Assembly: GCA_964016885.1 (NCBI GenBank)
Contig: OZ024742.1
Coordinates: 34,596,001-34,660,000, forward strand
Origin: Eledone cirrhosa
Lineage: Eukaryota
Direction: 5' to 3'
DNA length: 64,000 bases
Shown here: positions 1 to 18,000 of the stretch, piece by piece
How positions within the stretch are numbered: position 1 is the first letter of the stretch
Layout of the letters: each line of letters opens with the position of its first letter
Position numbers and translations under genes: made by a program
Notes under the pieces: generated by a model
Seen by the model: only the letters and a program-made list of their open reading frames with translations
What the model was told of the DNA's origin: nothing
Databases searched by the model: none

Positions 1-3000
1 ATACTCCACTGTTGGTATACCGTATATACCAGTATCACCTGATACATGTACAGTTATACTTCACTGTTGGTATGTCGTATATAGCAGTATCAGCTGATAC
101 ATGTACATTTATACTCCACTGTTGGTATACCGTATATACCAGTATCACCTGATACATGTACAGTTATACTCCACTGTTGGTATGCCGTATATACCAGTAT
201 CACCTGATACATGTACAGTTATACTCCACTGTTACTATGCCGTATATACCAGTATCACCTGATACATGTACAGTTATACTCCACTGTTGGTATGCTGTAT
301 ATACCAGTATCACCTGATACATGTACAGTTATACTCCACTGTTGGTATACCGTATATACAAGTATCACCTGATACATGTACAGTTATACTCCACTGTTGG
401 TATACCGTATATACCAGTATCACCTGATACATGTACAGTTATAGTCCACTGTTGGTATACCGTATATACCAGTATCACCTGATACATGTACAGTTATACT
501 CCACTGTTGGCATACTGTATATACCAGTATCACCTGATACATGTACAGTTACACTCCACTGTTGGTATACTGTATATACCAGTATCACCTGATACATGTA
601 CAGTTATACTCCACTGTTGATATACTGTATATACCAGTATCACATGATACATGTACAGATATACTCCACTGTTGGTATACCGTATATACCAGTATCACCT
701 GATACATGTACAGTTATACTCCACTGTTGGTATACCGTATATACCACTATCACCTGATACATGTACAGTTATACTCCACTGTTGGCATACTGTATATACC
801 AGTATCACCTGATACATGTACAGTTACACTCCACTGTTGGTATACTGTATATACCAGTATCACCTGATACATGTACAGTTATACTCCACTGTTGATATAC
901 TGTATATACCAGTATCACATGATACATGTACAGTTATACTCCACTGTTGGTATACCGTATATACCAGTATCACCTGATACATGTACAGTTATAATCCACT
1001 GTTGGTATGCTGTATATACCAGTATCACCTGATACATGTACAGTTATACTCCACTGTTGGCATACTGTATATACCAGTATCACCTGATACATGTACAGTT
1101 ACACTCCACTGTTGGTATACTGTATATACCAGTATCACCTGATACATGTACAGTTATACTCCACTGTTGATATACTGTATATACCAGTATCACATGATAC
1201 ATGTACAGTTATACTCCACTGTTGGTATACCGTATATACCAGTATCAACTTATACATGTACAGTTATACTCCACTGTTGGTATACCGTATATACCAGTAT
1301 CAACTGATACATGTACAGTTATACTCCACTGTTTATATACCGTATATACCAGTATCACCTGATACACGTACATATATACTCCACTGTTGATATACTGTAT
1401 ATACCAGTATCACCTGATACATGTACAGTTATAATCTAGTGTTGGTATACTGTATATACCAGTATCACTTGATACATGTACAGTTATACTCCACTGTTGG
1501 TATGCCGTATATACCAGTATCACCTGATACATGTACAGTTATACTCCAGTGTTGGTATACTGTATATACCAGTATCAGCTGATATATGTAAAGTTTTACT
1601 CCACTGTTTGTATACCGTATATACCAGTATCACCTGATACATGTACAGTTATACTCCACTTTTGCTATGCCGTATATACCAGTATCACCTGTACATGTAC
1701 AGTTATACTCCACTGTTGGTATACCTTATATACCAGTATCACCTGATACATGTACAGTTATACTCCACTGTTACTATGCCGTATATACCAGTATCACCTG
1801 ATACATGTACAGTTATACTCCACTGTTGATATACTCTATATACCAGTATCACCTGATAAATGTAAAGTTATACTCCACTGTAGGTATACCGTATATACCA
1901 GTAACACCTGATACATGTACAGTTATACTCCACTGTTGGTATGCCGTATATACCAGTATCACCTGATACATGTACAGTTATAATCCACTGTTGGTATGTC
2001 GTATATACCAGTATCAGCTGATACATGTACAGTTATACTCCACTATTGGTATACCGTATATACCAGTATCACCTGATACATGTACAGTTATACTCCACTG
2101 TTACTATGCCGTATATACCAGTATCACCTGATACATGTACAGTTATACTCCACTGTTGGTATACTGTATATACCAGTATCACCTGATACATGTACAGTTA
2201 TACTCCACTGTTGATATACTGTATATACCAGTATCACCTGATACATGTACAGTTATACTCCACTGTTGGCATACTGTATATACCAGTATCACCTGATACA
2301 TGTACAGTTACACTCCACTGTTGGTATACTGTATATACCAGTATCACCTGATACATGTACAGTTATACTCCACTGTTGATATACTGTATATACCAGTATC
2401 ACATGATACATGTACAGTTATACTCCACTGTTGGTATACCGTATATACCAGTATCAACTGATACATGTACAGTTATACTCCACTGTTGGTATACCGTATA
2501 TACCAGTATCAACTGATACATGTACAGTTATACTCCACTGTTGATATACCGTATATACCAGTATCACCTGATACACGTACAGATATACTCCACTGTTGAT
2601 ATACTGTATATACCAGTATCACCTGATACATGTACAGTTATAATCCACTGTTGGTATGCTGTATATACCAGTATCACCTGATACATGTACAGTTATACTC
2701 CACTGTTGGCATACTGTATATACCAGTATCACCTGATACATGTACAGTTACACTCCACTGTTGGTATACTGTATATACCAGTATCACCTGATACATGTAC
2801 AGTTATACTCCACTGTTGATATACTGTATATACCAGTATCACATGATACATGTACAGTTATACTCCACTGTTGGTATACCGTATATACCAGTATCAACTG
2901 ATACATGTACAGTTATACTCCACTGTTGGTATACCGTATATACCAGTATCAACTGATACATGTACAGTTATACTCCACTGTTGATATACCGTATATACCA

Positions 3001-6000
3001 GTATCACCTGATACACGTACAGATATACTCCACTGTTGATATACTGTATATACCAGTATCACCTGATACATGTACAGTTATAATCCAGTGTTGGTATACT
3101 GTATATACCAGTATCACTTGATACATGTACAGTTATACTCCACTGTTGGTATGCCGTATATACCAGTATCACCTGATACATGTACAGTTATACTCCATTG
3201 TTGGTATACCGTATATACCAGTATCACCTGATACATGTACAGTTATACTCCAGTGTTGGTATACTGTATATACCAGAATCAGCTGATATATGTAAAGTTT
3301 TACTCCACTGTTGGTATACCGTATATACCAGTATCACCTGATACATGTACAGTTATACTCCACTGTTGGTATGCCGTATATACCAGTATCACCTGATACA
3401 TGTACAGTTATACTCCACTGTTACTATGCCGTATATACCAGTATCACCTGATACATGTACAGTTATACTCCACTGTTGGTATGCTGTATATACCAGTATC
3501 ACCTGATACATGTACAGTTATACTCCACTGTTGGTATACCGTATATACAAGTATCACCTGATACATGTACAGTTATACTCCACTGTTGGTATACCGTATA
3601 TACCAGTATCACCTGATACATGTACAGTTATAGTCCACTGTTGGTATACCGTATATACCAGTATCACCTGATACATGTACAGTTATACTCCACTGTTGGC
3701 ATACTGTATATACCAGTATCACCTGATACATGTACAGTTACACTCCACTGTTGGTATACTGTATATACCAGTATCACCTGATACATGTACAGTTATACTC
3801 CACTGTTGATATACTGTATATACCAGTATCACATGATACATGTACAGTTATACTCCACTGTTGGTATACCGTATATACCAGTATCACCTGATACATGTAC
3901 AGTTATACTCCACTGTTGGTATACCGTATATACCACTATCACCTGATACATGTACAGTTATACTCCACTGTTGGCATACTGTATATACCAGTATCACCTG
4001 ATACATGTACAGCTACACTCCACTGTTGGTATACTGTATATACCAGTATCACCTGATACATGTACAGTTATACTCCACTGTTGATATACTGTATATACCA
4101 GTATCACATGATACATGTACAGTTATACTCCACTGTTGGTATACCGTATATACCAGTATCACCTGATACATGTACAGTTATAATCCACTGTTGGTATGCT
4201 GTATATACCAGTATCACCTGATACATGTACAGTTATACTCCACTGTTGGCATACTGTATATACCAGTATCACCTGATACATGTACAGTTACACTCCACTG
4301 TTGGTATACTGTATATACCAGTATCACCTGATACATGTACAGTTATACTTCACTGTTGGTATGTCGTATATAGCAGTATCAGCTGATACATGTACATTTA
4401 TACTCCACTGTTGGTATACCGTATATACCAGTATCACCTGATACATGTACAGTTATACTCCACTGTTGGTATGCCGTATATACCAGTATCACCTGATACA
4501 TGTACAGTTATACTCCACTGTTACTATGCCGTATATACCAGTATCACCTGATACATGTACAGTTATACTCCACTGTTGGTATGCTGTATATACCAGTATC
4601 ACCTGATACATGTACAGTTATACTCCACTGTTGGTATACCGTATATACAAGTATCACCTGATACATGTACAGTTATACTCCACTGTTGGTATACCGTATA
4701 TACCAGTATCACCTGATACATGTACAGTTATAGTCCACTGTTGGTATACCGTATATACCAGTATCACCTGATACATGTACAGTTATACTCCACTGTTGGC
4801 ATACTGTATATACCAGTATCACCTGATACATGTACAGTTACACTCCACTGTTGGTATACTGTATATACCAGTATCACCTGATACATGTACAGTTATACTC
4901 CACTGTTGATATACTGTATATACCAGTATCACATGATACATGTACAGTTATACTCCACTGTTGGTATACCGTATATACCAGTATCACCTGATACATGTAC
5001 AGTTATACTCCACTGTTGGTATACCGTATATACCACTATCACCTGATACATGTACAGTTATACTCCACTGTTGGCATACTGTATATACCAGTATCACCTG
5101 ATACATGTACAGCTACACTCCACTGTTGGTATACTGTATATACCAGTATCACCTGATACATGTACAGTTATACTCCACTGTTGATATACTGTATATACCA
5201 GTATCACATGATACATGTACAGTTATACTCCACTGTTGGTATACCGTATATACCAGTATCACCTGATACATGTACAGTTATAATCCACTGTTGGTATGCT
5301 GTATATACCAGTATCACCTGATACATGTACAGTTATACTCCACTGTTGGCATACTGTATATACCAGTATCACCTGATACATGTACAGTTACACTCCACTG
5401 TTGGTATACTGTATATACCAGTATCACCTGATACATGTACAGTTATACTCCACTGTTGATATACTGTATATACCAGTATCACATGATACATGTACAGTTA
5501 TACTCCACTGTTGGTATACCGTATATACCAGTATCAACTTATACATGTACAGTTATACTCCACTGTTGGTATACCGTATATACCAGTATCAACTGATACA
5601 TGTACAGTTATACTCCACTGTTTATATACCGTATATACCAGTATCACCTGATACACGTACATATATACTCCACTGTTGATATACTGTATATACCAGTATC
5701 ACCTGATACATGTACAGTTATAATCTAGTGTTGGTATACTGTATATACCAGTATCACTTGATACATGTACAGTTATACTCCACTGTTGGTATGCCGTATA
5801 TACCAGTATCACCTGATACATGTACAGTTATACTCCAGTGTTGGTATACTGTATATACCAGTATCAGCTGATATATGTAAAGTTTTACTCCACTGTTTGT
5901 ATACCGTATATACCAGTATCACCTGATACATGTACAGTTATACTCCACTTTTGCTATGCCGTATATACCAGTATCACCTGTACATGTACAGTTATACTCC

Positions 6001-9000
6001 ACTGTTGGTATACCTTATATACCAGTATCACCTGATACATGTACAGTTATACTCCACTGTTACTATGCCGTATATACCAGTATCACCTGATACATGTACA
6101 GTTATACTCCACTGTTGATATACTCTATATACCAGTATCACCTGATAAATGTAAAGTTATACTCCACTGTAGGTATACCGTATATACCAGTAACACCTGA
6201 TACATGTACAGTTATACTCCACTGTTGGTATGCCGTATATACCAGTATCACCTGATACATGTACAGTTATAATCCACTGTTGGTATGTCGTATATACCAG
6301 TATCAGCTGATACATGTACAGTTATACTCCACTATTGGTATACCGTATATACCAGTATCACCTGATACATGTACAGTTATACTCCACTGTTGGTATACCG
6401 TATATACCAGTATCACCTGATACATGTACAGTTATACTCCACTGTTACTATGCCGTATATACCAGTATCAGCTGATACATGTACAGTTATACTCCACTAT
6501 TGGTATACCGTATATACCAGTATCACCTGATACATGTACAGTTATACTTCACTGTTGGTATGTCGTATATACCAGTATCAACTGATACATGTACATTTTT
6601 ACTCCACTGTTGGTATACCGTATATACCAGTATCACCTGATACATGTACAGTTATACTCCACTGTTGGTATGCCGTATATACCAGTATCACCTGATACAT
6701 GTACAGTTATACTCCACTGTTACTATGCCGTATATACCAGTATCACCTGATACAAGTACAGTTATACTCCACTGTGGGTATGCTGTATATACCAGTATCA
6801 CCTGATACATGTACAGTTATACTCCACTGTTGGTATACCGTATATACCAGTATCACCTGATACATGTACAGTTATACTCCACTGTTGGTATACCGTATAT
6901 ACCAGTATCACCTGATACATGTACAGTTATAGTTCACTATTGGTATACCGTATATACCAGTATCACCTGATACATGTACAGTTATACTCCACTGTTTATA
7001 TACTGTATATACCAGTATCACCTGATACATGTACAGTTATACTCCACTATTGGTATACTGTATATACCAGTATCACCTGATACATGTTCAGTAATACTCA
7101 ACTGTTGGTATACTGTATATACCAGTATCACCTGATACATGTACAGTTATGCTCAACTGTTGGTATACTGTATATACCAGTATCACCTGATACATAAACA
7201 GTTATACTCCACTGTTGGTATACCATATATACCAGTATCACCTGATACATGTACAGTTATACTTCACTGTTGGTATACCGTATATACCAGTATCACCTTA
7301 TACATGTACAGTTATACTCCACTGTTTATATGCTGTATATACCAGTATCACCTGATACATGTACAGTTATACTCCACTGTTGGTATACTGTATATACCAG
7401 TATCACCTGATACATGTACAGTTATACTCCACTGTTGGTATACTGTATATACCAGTATCACCTGATACATGTACAGTTATACCCCACTGTTGCTATACCG
7501 TATATACCAGTATCACCTGATACATGTGCAGTTATACTCACCTGTTGGTATACTGTATATACAAGTATCACCTGATACATGTACAGTTATACTCCACTGT
7601 TGGTATACTGTATATACCAGTATCACCTGATACATGTACAGTTATACTCCACTGTTGCTATACCGTATATACCAGTATCACCTGATACATCTACAGTTAT
7701 ACTCCAATGTTGGTATGCCGTATATACCAGTATCACTTGATACATGTACAGTTATACTCAACTGTTGGTATATTGTATATACTAGTATCACCTGATACAT
7801 GTACAGTTATACTCCACTGTTGGTATACTGTATATACCAGTATCACTTGATACATGTACAGTTATACTCCACTGTTGGTATACCGTATATACCAGTATCA
7901 CCTGATACATCTACAGTTATACTCCACTGTTCGTATACCATATATACCAGTATCACTTGATACATGTACAGTTATACTCCACTGTTAGTATGCCGTATAT
8001 ACCAGTATCACCTGATACATGTACAGTTATATTCCACTGTTAGTATGCCGTATATACCAGTATCACCTGATACATGTACAGTTATACTCCACTGTTGGTA
8101 TACTCTATATACCAGTATCACTTGATACATGTACAGTTATACTCCACTGTTAGTATGTCGTATATACCAGTATCACCTGATACATGTACAGTTATACTCC
8201 ACTGTTAGTATTCCGTATATACCAGTATCACCTGATACATGTACAGTTATACTCCACTGTTGGTATACTGTATATACCAGTATCACCTGATACATCTACA
8301 GTTATACTCCAATGATGGTATGCCGTATATACCAGTATCACCTGATACATGTACAGTTATACTCCACTGTTGGTATACTGTATATACTAGTATCATTTGA
8401 TACATGTACCGTTATACTCCACTGTTGATATACCGTATATACCAGTATCACCTGATACATGTACAGTTATACTCCACTGTTGGTATACTGTATATACCAG
8501 TATCACCTTATACATGCACAGTTATACTCCACTGTTGGTATACTGTATATACCAGTATCACCTGATACATGTAGAGTTATACTCCACTGTTACTATGCCG
8601 TATATAACAGTATCACCTGATACATGTACAGTTATACTCCACTGTTGGTATGCCCTATATACCAGTATCATTTGATACATGTACAGTTATACTCCACTAT
8701 TGATATGCTGTATATACCAGTATCACCTGATACATGTACAGTTATACTCCACTGTTTATATGCCGTATATACCAGTATCACCTTATACATGTACAGTTAT
8801 ACTCCACTTTTGCTATGCCGTATATACCAGTATTACCTTACATGTACAGTTATACTCCACTGTTGGTATACCTTATATACCAGTATCACCTGATACATGT
8901 ACAGTTATACTCCACTGTTACTATGCCGTATATACCAGTATCACCTGATACATCTACAGTTATACTCCAATGTTGGTATGCCGTATATACCAGTATCACT

Positions 9001-12000
9001 TGATACATGTACAGTTATACTCAACTGTTGGTATATTGTATATACCAGTATCACCTGATACATGTACAGTTATACTCCACTGTTGGTATACCGTATATAC
9101 CAGTATCACCTGATACATGTACAGTTATACTCCACTGTTACTATGCCGTATATACCAGTATCAGCTGATATATGTACAGTTTTACTCCACTATTGGTATG
9201 CCGTATATACCAGTATCACCTGATACATGTACAGTTATACTCCACTGTTGGTATACCGTATATACCAGTATCACCTGATACATGTACAGTTATACTTCAC
9301 TGTTGGTATGTCGTATATACCAGTATCAACTGATACATGTACATTTATACTCCACTGTTGGTATACCGTATATACCAGTATCACCTGATACATGTACAGT
9401 TATACTACACTGTTGGTATGCCGTATATACCAGTATCACCTGATACATGTACAGTTATACTCCACTGTTACTATGCCGTATATACCAGTATCAGCTGATA
9501 CATGTACAGTTATACTCCACTATTAGTATACCGTATATACCAGTATCACCTGATACATGTACAGTTATACTTCACTGTTGGTATGTCGTATATACCAGTA
9601 TCAACTGATACATGTACATTTATACTCCACTGTTGGTATACCGTATATACCAGTATCACCTGATACATGTACAGTTATACTCCACTGTTGGTATGCCGTA
9701 TATACCAGTATCACCTGATACATGTACAGATATACTCCACTGTTACTATGCCGTATATACCAGTATCACCTGATACAAGTACAGTTATACTCCACTGTGG
9801 GTATGCTGTATATACCAGTATCACCTGATACATGTACAGTTATACTCCACTGTTGGTATACCGTATATACCAGTATCACCTGATACATGTACAGTTATAC
9901 TCCACTGTTGGTATACCGTATATACCAGTATCACCTGATACATGTACAGTTATAGTCCACTGTTGGTATACCGTATATACCAGTATCACCTGATACATGT
10001 ACAGTTATACTCCACTGTTTATATACTGTATATACCAGTATCACCTGATACATGTACAGTTATACTCCACTATTGGTATACTGTATATACCAGTATCACC
10101 TGATACATGTTCAGTAATACTCAACTGTTGGTATACTGTATATACCAGTATCACCTGATACATGTACAGTTATGCTCAACTGTTGGTATACTGTATATAC
10201 CAGTATCACCTGATACATATACAGTTATACTCCACTGTTGGTATACCATATATACCAGTATCACCTGATACATGTACAGTTATACTTCACTGTTGGTATA
10301 CCGTATATACCAGTATCACCTGATACATGTACAGTTATACTCCACTGTTTATATGCTGTATATACCAGTATCACCTGATACATGTACAGTTATACTCCAC
10401 TGTTGGTATACTGTATATACCAGTATCACCTGATACATGTACAGTTATACTCCACTGTTGGTATACTGTATATACCAGTATCACCTGATACATGTACAGT
10501 TATACCCCACTGTTGCTATACCGTATATACCAGTATCACCTGATACATGTGCAGTTATACTCACCTGTTGGTATACTGTATATACAAGTATCACCTGATA
10601 CATGTACAGTTATACTCCACTGTTGGTATACTGTATATACCAGTATCACCTGATACATGTACAGTTATACTCCACTGTTGCTATACCGTATATACCAGTA
10701 TCACCTGATACATCTACAGTTATACTCCAATGTTGGTATGCCGTATATACCAGTATCACTTGATACATGTACAGTTATACTCAACTGTTGGTATATTGTA
10801 TATACTAGTATCACCTGATACATGTACAGTTATACTCCACTGTTGGTATACTGTATATACCAGTATCACTTGATACATGTACAGTTATACTCCACTGTTG
10901 GTATACCGTATATACCAGTATCACCTGATACATCTACAGTTATACTCCACTGTTCGTATACCATATATACCATTATCACTTGATACATGTACAGTTATAC
11001 TCCACTGTTAGTATGCCGTATATACCAGTATCACCTGATACATGTACAGTTATATTCCACTGTTAGTATGCCGTATATACCAGTATCACCTGATACATGT
11101 ACAGTTATACTCCACTGTTGGTATACTGTATATACCAGTATCACTTGATACATGTACAGTTATACTCCACTGTTAGTATGCCGTATATACCAGTATCACC
11201 TGATACATGTACAGTTATACTCCACTGTTAGTATTCCGTATATACCAGTATCACCTGATACATGTACAGTTATACTCCACTGTTGGTATACTGTATATAC
11301 CAGTATCACCTGATACATCTACAGTTATACTCCAATGATGGTATGCCGTATATACCAGTATCACCTGATACATGTACAGTTATACTCCACTGTTGGTATA
11401 CTGTATATACTAGTATCATTTGATACATGTACCGTTATACTCCACTGCTGATATACCGTATATACCAGTATCACCTGATACATGTACAGTTATACTCCAC
11501 TGTTGGTATACTGTATATACCAGTATCAACTTATACATGCACAGTTATACTCCACTGTTGGTATACTGTATATACCAGTATCACCTGATACATGTAGAGT
11601 TATACTCCACTGTTACTATGCCGTATATAACAGTATCACCTGATACATGTACAGTTATACTCCACTGTTGGTATGCCCTATATACCAGTATCATTTGATA
11701 CATGTACAGTTATACTCCACTATTGATATGCTGTATATACCAGTATCACCTGATACATGTACAGTTATACTCCACTGTTTATATGCCGTATATACCAGTA
11801 TCACCTGATACATGTACAGTTATACTCCACTTTTGCTATGCCGTATATACCAGTATTACCTTACATGTACAGTTATACTCCACTGTTGGTATACCTTATA
11901 TACCAGTATCACCTGATACATGTACAGTTATACTCCACTGTTACTATGCCGTATATACCAGTATCACCTTATACATGTACAGTTATACTCCACTGTTGGT

Positions 12001-15000
12001 ATGTCGTATATACCAGTATCAGCTGATACATGTACAGTTATACTCCACTATTGGTATACCGTATATACCAGTATCACCTGATACATGTACAGTTATACTC
12101 CACTGTTGGTATACCGTATATACCAGTATCACCTGATACATGTACAGTTATACTCCACTGTTACTATGCCGTATATACCAGTATCAGCTGATATATGTAC
12201 AGTTATACTCCACTATTGGTATGCCGTATATACCAGTATCACCTGATACATGTACAGTTATACTCCACTGTTGGTATACCGTATATACCAGTATCACCTG
12301 ATACATGTACAGTTATACTTCACTGTTGGTATGTCGTATATACCAGTATCAACTGATACATGTACATTTATACTCCACTGTTGGTATACCGTATATACCA
12401 GTATCACCTGATACATGTACAGTTATACTCCACTGTTGGTATGCCGTATATACCAGTATCACCTGATACATGTACAGTTATACTCCACTGTTACTATGCC
12501 GTATATACCAGTATCACCTGATACAAGTACAGTTATACTCCACTGTTGGTATGCTGTATATACCAGTATCACCTGATACATGTACAGTTATACTCCACCG
12601 TTGGTATACCGTATATACCAGTATCACCTGATACATGTACAGTTATACTCCACTGTTGGTATACCGTATATACCAGTATCACCTGATACATGTACAGTTA
12701 TAGTCCACTGTTGGTATACCGTATATACCAGTATCACCTGATACATGTACAGTTATACTCCACTGTTGGTATACTATATATACAAGTATCACCTGATACA
12801 TGTACAGTTATACTCCACTGTTGGTATACTGTATATACCAGTATCACCTGATACATGTACAGTTATACTCCACTGTTGCTATACCGTATATACCAGTATC
12901 ACCTGATCCATCTACAGTTATACTCCAATGTTAGTATGCCGTATATACCAGTATCACTTGATACATGTACAGTTATACTCAACTGTTGGTATATTGTATA
13001 TACCAGTATCACCTGATACATGTTCAGTAATACTCAACTGTTGGTATACTGTATATACCAGTATCACCTGATACATGTACAGTTATGCTCAACTGTTGGT
13101 ATACTGTATATACCAGTATCACCTGATACATATACAGTTATACTCCACTGTTGGTATACCATATATACCAGTATCACCTGATACATGTACAGTTATACTT
13201 CACTGTTGGTATACCGTATATACCAGTATCACCTGATACATGTACAGTTATACTCCACTGTTTATATGCTGTATATACCAGTATCACCTGATACATGTAC
13301 AGTTATACTCCACTGTTGGTATACTGTATATACCAGTATCACCTGATACATGTACAGTTATACTCCACTGTTGGTATACTGTATATACCAGTATCACCTG
13401 ATACATGTACAGTTATACCCCACTGTTGCTATACCGTATATACCAGTATCACCTGATACATGTGCAGTTATACTCACCTGTTGGTATACTGTATATACAA
13501 GTATCACCTGATACATGTACAGTTATACTCCACTGTTGGTATACTGTATATACCAGTATCACCTGATACATGTACAGTTATACTCCACTGTTGCTATACC
13601 GTATATACCAGTATCACCTGATACATCTACAGTTATACTCCAATGTTGGTATGCCGTATATACCAGTATCACTTGATACATGTACAGTTATACTCAACTG
13701 TTGGTATATTGTATATACCAGTATCACCTGATACATGTACAGTTATACTCCACTGTTGGTATACTGTATATACCAGTATCATTTGATACATGTACAGTTA
13801 TACTCCACTGTTGGTATACCGTATATACCAGTATCACCTGATACATCTACAGTTATTCTCCACTGTTCGTATACCATATATACCAGTATCACTTGATACA
13901 TGTACAGTTATACTCCACTGTTAGTATGCCGTATATACCAGTATCACCTGATACATGTACAGTTATATTCCACTGTTAGTATGCCGTATATACCAGTATC
14001 ACCTGATACATGTACAGTTATACTCCACTGTTGTTATACTGTATATACCAGTATCACTTGATACATGTACAGTTATACTCCACTGTTAGTATGCCGTATA
14101 TACCAGTATCACCTGATACATGTACAGTTATACTCCACTGTTAGTATTCCGTATATACCAGTATCACCTGATACATGTACAGTTATACTCCACTGTTGGT
14201 ATACTGTATATACCAGTATCACCTGATACATCTACAGTTATACTCCAATGATGGTATGCCGTATATACCAGTATCACCTGATACATGTACAGTTATACTC
14301 CACTGTTGGTATACTGTATATACTAGTATCATTTGATACATGTACCGTTATAATCCACTGTTGATATACCGTATATACCAGTATCACCTGATACATGTAC
14401 AGTTATACTCCACTGTTGGTATACTGTATATACCAGTATCACCTTATACATGCACAGTTATACTCCACTGTTACTATGCCGTATATACCAGTATCACCTG
14501 ATACATGTACAGTTATACTCCACTGTTGGTATGCCGTATATACCAGTATCATTTGATACATGTACAGTTATACTCCACTATTGATATGCTGTATATACCA
14601 GTATCACCTGATACATGTACAGTTATACTCCACTGTTTATATGCCGTATATACCAGTATCACCTGATACATGTACAGTTATACTCCACTGTTTATATGCC
14701 GTATATACCAGTATCACCTGATACATGTACAGTTATACTCCACTTTTGCTATGCCGTATATACCAGTATTACCTTACATGTACAGTTATACTCCACTGTT
14801 GGTATACCTTATATACCAGTATCACCTGATACATGTACAGTTATACTCCACTGTTACTATGCCGTATATACCAGTATCACCTTATACATGTACAGTTATA
14901 CTCCACTGTTGGTATGTCGTATATACCAGTATCAGCTGATACATGTACAGTTATACTCCACTATTGGTATACCGTATATACCAGTATCACCTGATACATG

Positions 15001-18000
15001 TACAGTTATACTCCACTGTTGGTATACCGTATATACCAGTATCACCTGATACATGTACAGTTATACTCCACTGTTACTATGCCGTATATACCAGTATCAG
15101 CTGATATATGTACAGTTATACTCCACTATTGGTATGCCGTATATACCAGTATCACCTGATACATGTACAGTTATACTCCACTGTTGGTATACCGTATATA
15201 CCAGTATCACCTGATACATGTACAGTTATACTTCACTGTTGGTATGTCGTATATACCAGTATCAACTGATACATGTACATTTATACTCCACTGTTGGTAT
15301 ACCGTATATACCAGTATCACCTGATACATGTACAGTTATACTCCACTGTTGGTATGCCGTATATACCAGTATCACCTGATACATGTACAGTTATACTCCA
15401 CTGTTACTATGCCGTATATACCAGTATCACCTGATACAAGTACAGTTATACTCCACTGTTGGTATGCTGTATATACCAGTATCACCTGATACATGTACAG
15501 TTATACTCCACCGTTGGTATACCGTATATACCAGTATCACCTGATACATGTACAGTTATACTCCACTGTTGGTATACCGTATATACCAGTATCACCTGAT
15601 ACATGTACAGTTATAGTCCACTGTTGGTATACCGTATATACCAGTATCACCTGATACATGTACAGTTATACTCCACTGTTGGTATACTATATATACAAGT
15701 ATCACCTGATACATGTACAGTTATACTCCACTGTTGGTATACTGTATATACCAGTATCACCTGATACATGTACAGTTATACTCCACTGTTGCTATACCGT
15801 ATATACCAGTATCACCTGATCCATCTACAGTTATACTCCAATGTTAGTATGCCGTATATACCAGTATCACTTGATACATGTACAGTTATACTCAACTGTT
15901 GGTATATTGTATATACCAGTATCACCTGATACATGTTCAGTAATACTCAACTGTTGGTATACTGTATATACCAGTATCACCTGATACATGTACAGTTATG
16001 CTCAACTGTTGGTATACTGTATATACCAGTATCACCTGATACATATACAGTTATACTCCACTGTTGGTATACCATATATACCAGTATCACCTGATACATG
16101 TACAGTTATACTTCACTGTTGGTATACCGTATATACCAGTATCACCTGATACATGTACAGTTATACTCCACTGTTTATATGCTGTATATACCAGTATCAC
16201 CTGATACATGTACAGTTATACTCCACTGTTGGTATACTGTATATACCAGTATCACCTGATACATGTACAGTTATACTCCACTGTTGGTATACTGTATATA
16301 CCAGTATCACCTGATACATGTACAGTTATACCCCACTGTTGCTATACCGTATATACCAGTATCACCTGATACATGTGCAGTTATACTCACCTGTTGGTAT
16401 ACTGTATATACAAGTATCACCTGATACATGTACAGTTATACTCCACTGTTGGTATACTGTATATACCAGTATCACCTGATACATGTACAGTTATACTCCA
16501 CTGTTGCTATACCGTATATACCAGTATCACCTGATACATCTACAGTTATACTCCAATGTTGGTATGCCGTATATACCAGTATCACTTGATACATGTACAG
16601 TTATACTCAACTGTTGGTATATTGTATATACCAGTATCACCTGATACATGTACAGTTATACTCCACTGTTGGTATACTGTATATACCAGTATCATTTGAT
16701 ACATGTACAGTTATACTCCACTGTTGGTATACCGTATATACCAGTATCACCTGATACATCTACAGTTATTCTCCACTGTTCGTATACCATATATACCAGT
16801 ATCACTTGATACATGTACAGTTATACTCCACTGTTAGTATGCCGTATATACCAGTATCACCTGATACATGTACAGTTATATTCCACTGTTAGTATGCCGT
16901 ATATACCAGTATCACCTGATACATGTACAGTTATACTCCACTGTTGGTATACTGTATATACCAGTATCACTTGATACATGTACAGTTATACTCCACTGTT
17001 AGTATGCCGTATATACCAGTATCACCTGATACATGTACAGTTATACTCCACTGTTAGTATTCCGTATATACCAGTATCACCTGATACATGTACAGTTATA
17101 CTCCACTGTTGGTATACTGTATATACCAGTATCACCTGATACATCTACAGTTATACTCCAATGATGGTATGCCGTATATACCAGTATCACCTGATACATG
17201 TACAGTTATACTCCACTGTTGGTATACTGTATATACTAGTATCATTTGATACATGTACCGTTATAATCCACTGTTGATATACCGTATATACCAGTATCAC
17301 CTGATACATGTACAGTTATACTCCACTGTTGGTATACTGTATATACCAGTATCACCTTATACATGCACAGTTATACTCCACTGTTACTATGCCGTATATA
17401 CCAGTATCACCTGATACATGTACAGTTATACTCCACTGTTGGTATGCCGTATATACCAGTATCATTTGATACATGTACAGTTATACTCCACTATTGATAT
17501 GCTGTATATACCAGTATCACCTGATACATGTACAGTTATACTCCACTGTTTATATGCCGTATATACCAGTATCACCTGATACATGTACAGTTATACTCCA
17601 CTTTTGCTATGCCGTATATACCAGTATCACCTTACATGTACAGTTATACTCCACTGTTGGTATACCTTATATACCAGTATCACCTGATACATGTACAGTT
17701 ATACTCCACTGTTACTATGCCGTATATACCAGTATCACCTGATACATGTACAGTTATACTCCACTGTTGATATACTCTATATACCAGTATCACCTGATAA
17801 ATGTAAAGTTATACTCCACTGTAGGTATACCGTATATACCAGTAACACCTGATACATGTACAGTTATACTCCACTGTTGGTATGCCGTATATACCAGTAT
17901 CACCTGATACATGTACAGCTATACTCAACTGTTGGTATACTATATATACCAGTATCACCTGATACATGTAGAGTTATACTCCACTGTTACTATGCCGTAT

